A DNA stretch of 40,810 nucleotides from a virus, in IMG/VR virus record IMGVR_UViG_3300035156_000145, positions 1 to 40,810 of that record; one strand, given 5' to 3'. This document shows positions 34,003 through 40,354 of this stretch, in pieces. The position numbers and the translations under genes are program-made. Under the pieces are notes generated by a model. It had not been told where the DNA came from and searched no databases. It was given only the letters and a program-made list of their open reading frames with translations. How positions within the stretch are numbered: position 1 is the first letter of the stretch; every line of letters begins with the position of its first letter.

Positions 34003-35511
34003 TTACGAGACTGATATAGCCGCGAACGGCTGCAACGGGCATCCGACCGTGCTGTTGTGGTAAGTAGCGTTGTCGCACGGGATGGACGCGGCAATTGGGA
34101 CGCCCGTTGCGCTGTTTCCCGTGTTGTGCGGGTTGTTTGCCATCGCATACGCCACACGCAGCGGTCCGACTGGCGTCGTTGCCATCGTCAAGCTAATAGA
34201 TGAAGCCGACGGGAAGCTCGTAGCCGACACCTCGATTACTGCGCCGCTCGCGCCATCGTCGTAAATCTGAAACCCTGTCAGGGCCGTTCCGGTGCCGCCT
34301 GCGCCATCAGTAAGCAGCGTGCCGCCACTATGCGCGATTGCCAGGATGACATTCTGCCCGTCACGTGTTGCGCCTGTCACGCGCGGCCCAACGCTGACGG
34401 TGCCAACCCCGAGCGATGCGATCAGGTTGCGCGCTCCCCGGCGGTCGATTTCGCTGATACTTGCCGCCGTCAGGTGCACGCCGTCACCCGTGTACCCGGT
34501 GTGCGCGGTAGCGTAATAGAACGCGCCTGCGGTGTTGTTTGCGTACTGGCGGTGCGCCTCGCGCATCCGGCCGAAATCACCTTCAACCGACCCACCGAAG
34601 GAGCCAACGCCCAAGGAGGCGACGCCAAAGCGGAAGTTCGCGTTGGTCCGCCCATTCAGGGTTTTCAGCTTGGAGTGGAGCGTGCCCAGCTTGGTCACCA
34701 TTGATGCGGTCGTGGTGCCATTCGCGTTGCTCTCGCCTTGGTGCCAGATTGCGGCCTCAAAATCGCCGCCTGCCGCCGCAACCGCTGCGGCCATGGCATC
34801 CCAGTTCGCGCCGGTGGTGAGCAGGTCGATTGTCTGACCATTTACCGCCCGCTCTATCAGTAGGACGGGGCAATTCATTGCCTGAGCGGTCAAGTTGGCC
34901 ATGTAGACAAAGCCATCGCCGGCCTTGCCCACGTCCTGAATGTACCCGCCGCCCGTTCCGTACCCGGTCTGATCCGATTCAAGGTTGGCGGCGCGCAGGT
35001 CGTTGATATTGCCGACGCGCTCAAGGACGTTCGATGCATTGAGGAACATCGCGCGCTTGTCACCCAGCGGGCGCTTGACGCCATTGCCAGGGCGAAGATG
35101 CATGTTCGACTGGCCGTACAACAGCACCGCGATACCTACGCCTGAACGAGTCGTTGTGCTCGACGTAAGCGAGGTATTTACGCCATCGCGGATTTCAATC
35201 TTGTCCCAGCCGCCGCGCGGATAGGTCACGTTGGCGTTAAAGCTCGCCGCCGGCTTGGTGATCAGAGTTGTCCAGCTTGTCCGTGCTAAGCCAGTGTAGT
35301 AGTCCACCAGCCGCCACTCAATCAGCGAAGGATTTCCCGTACAGGAGCCGGTAAGGCTGACCGTGCGGCTGTCGGAGTCATTGCGCTGGTAAAACGTATA
35401 GTCGGGCAGGCTGTTGATGGTCACGCCAGTGCCCGCAACCGCAGCAGATCGACCGGCGTAGATCGTTAGCCCACTCCCGACCTGATACGCGTTACCTACT
35501 GGCGACGGCAT
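34003..35511 (-). CDS. SASA/DUF303-type carbohydrate (sialate-like) O-acetylesterase domain protein (502 aa)
   Basis: LLYGQSNM and WHQGESN motifs are characteristic of the SASA esterase family, flanked by N- and C-terminal beta-rich domains. Confidence 0.7.
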   Translation of the reverse strand: MPSPVGNAYQVGSGLTIYAGRSAAVAGTGVTINSLPDYTFYQRNDSDSRTVSLTGSCTGNPSLIEWRLVDYYTGLARTSWTTLITKPAASFNANVTYPRGGWDKIEIRDGVNTSLTSSTTTRSGVGIAVLLYGQSNMHLRPGNGVKRPLGDKRAMFLNASNVLERVGNINDLRAANLESDQTGYGTGGGYIQDVGKAGDGFVYMANLTAQAMNCPVLLIERAVNGQTIDLLTTGANWDAMAAAVAAAGGDFEAAIWHQGESNANGTTTASMVTKLGTLHSKLKTLNGRTNANFRFGVASLGVGSFGGSVEGDFGRMREAHRQYANNTAGAFYYATAHTGYTGDGVHLTAASISEIDRRGARNLIASLGVGTVSVGPRVTGATRDGQNVILAIAHSGGTLLTDGAGGTGTALTGFQIYDDGASGAVIEVSATSFPSASSISLTMATTPVGPLRVAYAMANNPHNTGNSATGVPIAASIPCDNATYHNSTVGCPLQPFAAISVS

Positions 35512-35904
35512 TTAGGCGTCGGCAGCGGTGATAGTGAAGCCGGTAATCGACACTGCGCCGCCGCTCGTGATTGACAGCGAGGATAGATTGATCTGCGCGC
35601 CCGATGTGCCAACAGTCAGGTCCATTACAGCCGTGCTGCCGTCCGCCTTGTTCAGACGCGCCCAGGTCGCGGTGCCAGTTGCGGCGCCGGTCGTTGCCGA
35701 TGGCAGGGAAGGCGATTGCACGCCACCAGAGGCGGCAGGCGCGAACGGGCTGCCCATAGTGAAGGTGGCAAGCAGGGTGCCCTCTGCATTGGCGGTGCCG
35801 GCAACGTCCGTAGTCGTGCCGTAAATTTCCAGCTTGGCCGCGTTGCCTGCAATGGTGGCGTTCGCGTCGAGCTTTGCATTGCGGAGTTCGGTACTGTAGG
35901 CCAT
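35512..35904 (-). CDS. Hypothetical protein (130 aa), first gene after the late terminator
   Basis: ATG 35904. Ala/Thr/Gly-rich beta-type sequence. The longer ORF-track start at 35958 would overlap the terminator. Confidence 0.55.
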   Translation of the reverse strand: MAYSTELRNAKLDANATIAGNAAKLEIYGTTTDVAGTANAEGTLLATFTMGSPFAPAASGGVQSPSLPSATTGAATGTATWARLNKADGSTAVMDLTVGTSGAQINLSSLSITSGGAVSITGFTITAADA

Positions 35905-35914
35905 TGGCGGTTCC

Positions 35915-35951
35915 AAATAAAAATGCCCCGTCGCAGTGATGCGGGCGGGGC
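35915..35951 (-). terminator. Rho-independent terminator T2 of the late leader
   Basis: Minus strand: GCCCCG-CCGC-atcact-GCGA-CGGGGC followed by ATTTTTATTT. Confidence 0.7.
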
Positions 35952-36153
35952 GAAACATCGTCTTGGTAGGCGATGGGGAGAGTTGGGTTGCTGGTTGGCG
36001 GCTACGTGCACTTTCAATCCGCGCCCTCCTGAAAGGTTCTTCGGCGGATGACCCATTACAGATTCAGTTCTCACCAACAAGTAAGGCGGCTCCGGCATCC
36101 CCGCTCAGGCATGCCCTGCTGCAGCAGTTTGGAGCGGCCTTACTTCTTGGCTC

Positions 36154-36246
36154 TGGTCGGGGCAGGCGGGATTCGAACCCGCGCACACTATGTGAAAAGT
36201 CGCGTTGTCAGCGGCTAGCGACATTGACCACTCGTCCACCGCCCCG
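36154..36246 (-). tRNA. tRNA-like gene, class-II-like (long variable arm), isotype undetermined; non-canonical anticodon arm
   Basis: Reverse complement has:
- 7-8 bp acceptor pairing (GGGGCGG/CTGCCCC)
- Ser/Tyr-type D arm GAC-GAGTGGTCAAT-GTC
- variable stem CACA-TAG-TGTG
- perfect T arm GCGGG-TTCGAAT-CCCGC
- ACCA end
The anticodon arm has 3 extra nt, a C-A mismatch and no U33. Confidence 0.55.
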
Positions 36247-36259
36247 GTAATCTGTGCTG

Positions 36260-36427
36260 CTAATCCTGCACCTCCCGATCCCCGCCATTGATCGGCAGTA
36301 GATCGAACCCGAGCTGGCGGCGAACTTCATCGTCCGTTAGCGGCTCGTGGTCTTCCTGATGCGTGCGGCTTTCCATATGCTCAACTGTTTCCGCTGGTGG
36401 TGGCCTGCGGTATCTCGTTTTAGCCAT
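36260..36427 (-). CDS. Possible small protein (55 aa) between the two late-leader terminators
   Basis: Hand translation MAKTRYRRPPPAETVEHMESRTHQEDHEPLTDDEVRRQLGFDLLPINGGDREVQD. GAGG lies 7 nt upstream. No homology recognised. Confidence 0.3.
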   Translation of the reverse strand: MAKTRYRRPPPAETVEHMESRTHQEDHEPLTDDEVRRQLGFDLLPINGGDREVQD

Positions 36428-36455
36428 GGTCGGCCTCGCATTGTTTGCGTTAAAT

Positions 36456-36490
36456 GCAAAAAGCCCCGAGCTTTTGAGGGCTAGGGGCTT
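36456..36490 (-). terminator. Rho-independent terminator T1 of the late leader
   Basis: Minus strand: AAGCCCC-(16 nt)-GGGGCTT overlapping a TTTTT run. An alternative AGCCC/GGGCT pairing is also possible. Confidence 0.65.
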
Positions 36491-36558
36491 CCTTGACTTG
36501 CTCCGCTGTCGGGTCTACCTCCCATCGGGAAGCAGACGCGTCAAATAGACGGAGGCAA

Positions 36559-36600
36559 GTTGTAGAACTGCATCGTAGCAACATTCCTAATGGAAATCAA
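36559..36600 (-). promoter_or_regulatory. Late (PR'-like) promoter TTGATT-N17-TACGAT with downstream -10-like repeat TACAAC (candidate sigma70 pause / Q-loading site)
   Basis: The -35 (36600-36595) starts 14 nt after the Q stop and the -10 is at 36577-36572. A second -10-like hexamer lies at 36564-36559. Flanked by TGGAAAT direct repeats and GGAAAT-T-ATTTCC. Confidence 0.55.
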
Positions 36601-36613
36601 GTCCTATTGGAAA

Positions 36614-37066
36614 TTATTTCCACTTGTCTACAACAGCCGCTATCGCCTGTTGCGCGCCTTCAATCTCGCGCTTCCAGTGGATAGCAGGCCAGTGCTTGAT
36701 ATCCATTTCGCGGCAAATGACATTGACCGGGCGTCCGAGGGCGTAAAGGTCGCGCAGCAACAGTTTGTGCCTGACGCTCAGGACGGCGTACGCTCGCATG
36801 AGAGTAGCGGCGTCCTCAAAGTCAAGCTTGGATTGGGTGTGTGCGCCCCCGGCTGGCGCATTGGCCTGCATCCTGAGCATGTGGCAGATGACGGCGGTCA
36901 TGCATTGGTAGCCGCCACCGCCATAGGGCGAGGTGCGCCGACTCTCGCGCGCTGTCATCGCGCCACCAGTTCGCCCGCGCTGGCACTGCCCCCAATTTTC
37001 CAGGCGGGTGACAATATCCATTTCGGCCATCGGAACGCGGCGCAGGTTGCTTGCTTGTGTCATCAT
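36614..37066 (-). CDS. Q: Late-gene antiterminator Q (phage 21/82-type Phage_antitermQ family)
   Basis: LENWGQC and the C-terminal DFEDAATLMRAYAVLSVRHKLLLRDLYALGRPVNVICREMDI...REIEGAQQAI parallel LERWGAW and the DDDAMII...KRLQKAEGIIEG layout of Q21. Promoter and terminators lie downstream. Confidence 0.7.
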   Translation of the reverse strand: MMTQASNLRRVPMAEMDIVTRLENWGQCQRGRTGGAMTARESRRTSPYGGGGYQCMTAVICHMLRMQANAPAGGAHTQSKLDFEDAATLMRAYAVLSVRHKLLLRDLYALGRPVNVICREMDIKHWPAIHWKREIEGAQQAIAAVVDKWK

Positions 37067-37281
37067 TGCCCCTCAAGGATGCGTTTCTTGCAGACTTCAA
37101 GCAGCCAAATGGCATTGCCGCCGTCCGCGTAGCTGCTTGCCGCGTAGAACTCCCCCTCTTGGTCGAAACCGATCACAATCACGCCTTGCAACTTACCCTT
37201 GGCACCGTCGAGGATGCGATCGGGTGGCAGGTCTAGCTTTGTGATGCCATCGAATATGAATATTTCAGCGCTCATGCTCAT
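37063..37281 (-). CDS. Hypothetical protein (72 aa)
   Basis: ORF coupled to the Q start. Confidence 0.55.
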   Translation of the reverse strand: MSMSAEIFIFDGITKLDLPPDRILDGAKGKLQGVIVIGFDQEGEFYAASSYADGGNAIWLLEVCKKRILEGQ

Positions 37282-37297
37282 CCCCTTATAGTTATAT

Positions 37298-37675
37298 TTA
37301 CAGCCAGTCGTACGACTCAGGCAGCACGCGGCGACCAGTGCCGAACAATCCCAGCCCCTGCAACAGTTCTTCGTCCTGCCGAATCTCTGCCCACACCTGA
37401 GCGCGCTCGGTCACGATCTTGAGCGACCATGGCAGCGTGTAGAGGTGCGTGAGGTGTTTGCGGTTGTCGACTAGGCGCTGCTGTACCTCGGCGCCTATCT
37501 CGTGCGCTAGCTCGTCCTGCGTGCGGACCAGGGCGTCATGCTTGGCGGCGAGTTCGTCTATCTCCCGGCGCTCGTGGCGGGGCACAGGCTTGGCAAACGC
37601 CATGACAAAGATGACGCACACGAGGAAGCACAGAACTGCAAGCGCGCCACTCTGGATAGTTTCGAGCGTGATCAT
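37298..37675 (-). CDS. N-terminally anchored membrane protein (125 aa)
   Basis: TM segment ALAVLCFLVCVIFVMAFA followed by a charged helical region. Confidence 0.55.
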   Translation of the reverse strand: MITLETIQSGALAVLCFLVCVIFVMAFAKPVPRHERREIDELAAKHDALVRTQDELAHEIGAEVQQRLVDNRKHLTHLYTLPWSLKIVTERAQVWAEIRQDEELLQGLGLFGTGRRVLPESYDWL

Positions 37676-38007
37676 TGCTCACCCTTGGCGGCGTCGTCCC
37701 ACTTGAGCGCCTTGGATATGTCTGCCAAGCCTTGTTGCTGATCGCGCCAGCGGCGGTTATGGGCCATGCTGGCAGCCACGTAATCACCCCTCAGCCCTTC
37801 GGCCATCTGCTCGGGCGTGTAGATTTCGGGGAGCGGTGAAGGCGCTGCCTTGGCTCTGTCAATGAGTTCTTCTGCCGCAACAAGCAGCCGCATGTGAGCC
37901 TCAACCTCGGCTTTCAAGGCTTTCCGCGCATCGCGCAATTCGGCATTCAGCCAAACCGTCAAGGCAAGCCACGCCGAAAGTGCGAACCCAAGAGCTACGT
38001 TTTCCAT
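37672..38007 (-). CDS. N-terminally anchored membrane protein (111 aa)
   Basis: TM segment ALGFALSAWLALTVWL followed by a coiled-coil-like region. ATGA coupling to the next gene. Confidence 0.55.
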   Translation of the reverse strand: MENVALGFALSAWLALTVWLNAELRDARKALKAEVEAHMRLLVAAEELIDRAKAAPSPLPEIYTPEQMAEGLRGDYVAASMAHNRRWRDQQQGLADISKALKWDDAAKGEQ

Positions 38008-38054
38008 ATCTTCCTTTCAATGTGCCGCGCAGTGTGAGTGCGCGGCAGGTTGGT

Positions 38055-38366
38055 TTACTGTTCGGTTTTGGCCGGCATGCCCATCGCTTCCGAAATCAGC
38101 AATGGAATCAGTTTGTTTGCGGCCTTTTCGTCATGGTCGTCAAGGTATCCGTCCTTGTCGATTACGCCCTTGATCGCACCAGCCTTGACTAGTGGCGCGA
38201 TAATGTCGTATTCCCACCCGCTATTGCCGAACGGTCGCTTACCGCTAAATGACTCGCCTTCGCGCCACATCGCTTGCAGCAGCGCATGCAGGTATGCACG
38301 AATAGTCACGGTCTTGCGAAGATCATCACACTTGAAGCTGACTTCGAGCATTTCTTGATGCGTCAT
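38055..38366 (-). CDS. Hypothetical protein (103 aa)
   Basis: ORF followed by the GCCGCGC/GCGCGGC hairpin at 38024-38046. Confidence 0.55.
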   Translation of the reverse strand: MTHQEMLEVSFKCDDLRKTVTIRAYLHALLQAMWREGESFSGKRPFGNSGWEYDIIAPLVKAGAIKGVIDKDGYLDDHDEKAANKLIPLLISEAMGMPAKTEQ

Positions 38367-38422
38367 GTTGCTATCTCCCTTGTGCTGCGGTTGTCGTCCC
38401 CGCGATTACGAGGACGTTTGCG

Positions 38423-39022
38423 CTATGTGCGCGAATTGGTGAGGGCGCGAAGCCGTGCGCGATACTCGTCCTTCATGGCCTGTAGCTCGGGGATCGTCCA
38501 TTTCTGCTGAGTGGTGTCGCCCTCTAAAGCTTCGACTGCGGCTAGCCCGATCCGAGCAATCAGGCGCGGTCGGTACTCGCGGATGTTCCCCGACAGGTGG
38601 TTGTTGCAAATGCTGCAAGCCTTGTGAATGTTCGCCTCACAGAATCGCGTACCCGGCGAGCTGCCCACGCTGCGGTAGTGCGATGCATGCCATTGACCGT
38701 CCCATGTGGCCGGCCGGTCGCAGCTCACGCACGGCAATTCCGCGTCTCTGGCTCTGATCCAAGCATTCAGCGCTGTCTGAGCTTCCTTGAGGTAGTCCGC
38801 GCGGCGCTTGAGCTTGGCAAGCCCCTCCTGGCGCTCCTTGCGGTCTTTGCGGACGCGCTCAGCCACAGCGAACAGGGCAGCGCAGATCGGGCCACAGCAC
38901 TTATGGGTCATCGAGCGCGGCTCGAATGGCTGGCGGCACGACTTGACGGCACACTTGCGAACTCGCACCTTTGGCTCTTTGCTCGGCACGGTGCGGACAA
39001 ACTGCGAGCGGGTGAGGGTCAT
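38423..39022 (-). CDS. ninG: NinG/Rap-family recombination endonuclease
   Basis: Cys clusters (CAVKSC...HKCCGPIC; PCVSC...HASHYRSVG...CSICNNHLSGN) match the lambda NinG family layout. Confidence 0.8.
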   Translation of the reverse strand: MTLTRSQFVRTVPSKEPKVRVRKCAVKSCRQPFEPRSMTHKCCGPICAALFAVAERVRKDRKERQEGLAKLKRRADYLKEAQTALNAWIRARDAELPCVSCDRPATWDGQWHASHYRSVGSSPGTRFCEANIHKACSICNNHLSGNIREYRPRLIARIGLAAVEALEGDTTQQKWTIPELQAMKDEYRARLRALTNSRT

Positions 39023-39042
39023 GCGGCCACCCGTGCGCTAAA

Positions 39043-39086
39043 TATATACACAAATAATTCTTGCATTCTTATTTGGTGTGTATATA
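39043..39086. promoter_or_regulatory. Long imperfect inverted repeat bracketing the cassette promoter (candidate operator)
   Basis: TATATACACA (39043-39052) pairs with TGTGTATATA (39077-39086). Inner arms CAAATAA (39051-57) pair with TTATTTG (39069-75). The repeat is centred on the -35. Confidence 0.6.
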
Positions 39087-39088
39087 AT
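39061..39088 (+). promoter_or_regulatory. Near-consensus sigma70 promoter TTGCAT-N16-TATAAT, opposite to surrounding operon
   Basis: Read directly in an AT-rich gap. Followed by an AAGGGGA RBS and ATG 39125. Confidence 0.7.
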
Positions 39089-39124
39089 GAAGTCATTGCA
39101 GCACACAACCAAAGGGGAACCAAA

Positions 39125-39373
39125 ATGAAAAGGCAAATGCAAAACACGATTTCGCGCAAGTGGTCTGATGCAAGCGGGGACCGCACCCATAAGTTGACGA
39201 CCATCGTTGAATTTGAGGGCTGCAACTTCGTTACCTTGGCTATCGTTTCCGAGGAAGGCCGCCCACCGTTTGCAGCTGACCCGCTCGAAACTACAGGTGC
39301 AGTCGCTGCCAATTTCATCAATAATCCGGCGATGCTGAAGGCTCTTGGGTTCACACCTATCGCAGCAGCATAG
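39125..39373 (+). CDS. ORFan (82 aa), first gene of the opposite-strand cassette
   Basis: ATG with an AAGGGGA RBS downstream of the strong promoter. No TM segment and no recognised motif. Confidence 0.6.
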   Translation: MKRQMQNTISRKWSDASGDRTHKLTTIVEFEGCNFVTLAIVSEEGRPPFAADPLETTGAVAANFINNPAMLKALGFTPIAAA

Positions 39374-39382
39374 GAGGCTGAA

Positions 39383-39583
39383 ATGTTGAAGACCGATTCC
39401 ACCAAAGCCACTGATGGGGCATCTGATGAGGCTGCGAATGCGCGAGGCCGCCCTGCTTCCATGGTCAATGGCAAGCGCGTCAACGTGTACCTCGATGCGG
39501 CCAGCTTGGAGCGAGCGGCAAAGCTTGGCGATGGCAATGTCAGCGAGGGCATCAGGCGATCGCTCATGCTGCCTCCAACATAA
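39383..39583 (+). CDS. Ribbon-helix-helix (CopG/Arc/ParG-like) DNA-binding protein, second gene of cassette
   Basis: Perfect AGGAGG RBS. RHH core KRVNVYLDAASLERAAKLGDGNVSEGIRRSL after a disordered N-terminal tail. Confidence 0.7.
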   Translation: MLKTDSTKATDGASDEAANARGRPASMVNGKRVNVYLDAASLERAAKLGDGNVSEGIRRSLMLPPT

Positions 39584-40250
39584 GAGAGCGATCCGGGCGG
39601 TTTGCCTCGAACGCCGCACGCGCGAATCCGCAAGGTGTCGCGCTGCGGAAGTTTGAGCGCTCCGGACCGGGTGGCGCCGCGTGGATGCGGTTGTCTGGCT
39701 CGCCAATACCAGTGAGCAGGAACGGGTCAGGCATAACAAAGCCGCCCCCAGTCCATAGGCAAGTCGTCTTCGTATAGTTGTCGTCCGCGCAATAGCCGGT
39801 GTACTGGTGCGGGTGGAATGTGTGCTGCGGTTTGCCGAAGATGGACGAGAACACGCTCACCGGGTTTTCGAAGCCCCATGCGCAGCCGGCCAGCATTCCC
39901 ACAGTGCGGCACTGCTCCGCCACAATCGCGGCTTTCTCCTGAAACTTCGGGTCGACCTTGCGCTTTTCCTCGAACCAGCGGGCGCCCGACACGGCCACAT
40001 CGGTGCATGGCGGGAAGCCGAACACAAATACAACACGCTCGCGCCGGATGATTTCACCCAAGCGAGGCATCGCGTCCAGAATGGTGCCGGCGATGCGTTC
40101 GACCATCCCGCTATTGCTGCTCACTTGGTGTTGAGGGTCAACCAGCACGATGCGGTAGCCGGCCTCAAGCCACGGTTGCGCCATATTCATGGTCAGGCTG
40201 CACAGGAAGATCGCAGTACCCTTGCCGAAGAAATCCATTTGAGTAGTCAT
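39564..40250 (-). CDS. Minimal DNA (cytosine-5)-methyltransferase-like protein (228 aa)
   Basis: FGFPPCTDVAVSG (motif IV PPC-like), GFENPVS (motif VI ENV-like) and C-terminal RSATPCGFARA. Start set at ATG 40250 (MTTQMDFFGKG). Confidence 0.5.
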   Translation of the reverse strand: MTTQMDFFGKGTAIFLCSLTMNMAQPWLEAGYRIVLVDPQHQVSSNSGMVERIAGTILDAMPRLGEIIRRERVVFVFGFPPCTDVAVSGARWFEEKRKVDPKFQEKAAIVAEQCRTVGMLAGCAWGFENPVSVFSSIFGKPQHTFHPHQYTGYCADDNYTKTTCLWTGGGFVMPDPFLLTGIGEPDNRIHAAPPGPERSNFRSATPCGFARAAFEANRPDRSLMLEAA

Positions 40251-40354
40251 GCAAACCTCAGCTTCAGACGAATACGCGTCATCAGCATCCTGTAGATAAT
40301 CTCGGCTGTCGCGTGCGAGCGGTCGTAGTTCAGATACTGGAATCGGGCAGTCAT
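40247..40354 (-). CDS. Micro-ORF (35 aa), translationally coupled on both sides
   Basis: Hand translation MTARFQYLNYDRSHATAEIIYRMLMTRIRLKLRFA. ATGA overlaps at both ends. Confidence 0.35.
   Translation of the reverse strand: MTARFQYLNYDRSHATAEIIYRMLMTRIRLKLRFA

Noticed and set aside
36154-36246. tRNA-Sec or tmRNA identity for the tRNA-like element (suggested by 8-bp acceptor pairing and the long variable arm)
   Set aside because: There is no 6-bp D stem with a 4-nt loop, no UCA anticodon in a proper loop, no tmRNA-style 5' GGGGCUG.../3' ...UCCACCA ends, and no tag reading frame.
35652-36250. ORFs 35652-36098 (-) and 35936-36250 (+) in the late leader
   Set aside because: They run through the terminator hairpin, the long stem-loop and the tRNA-like gene, and have Pro/Arg-rich junk composition. 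No RBS is present.
39043-39088. LexA (SOS) box at the cassette promoter
   Set aside because: No CTGT-N8-ACAG motif is present. The palindrome arms are TATATACACA/TGTGTATATA, which do not resemble proteobacterial LexA sites.
39019-39739. Two long minus-strand ORFs (204 and 233 aa) covering the opposite-strand cassette
   Set aside because: Their products are Ser/Ala/Arg/Leu-rich low-complexity sequences typical of antisense shadow ORFs, and they have no RBS. The plus-strand genes have a near-consensus promoter and strong RBSs, and one has a clean RHH fold pattern.
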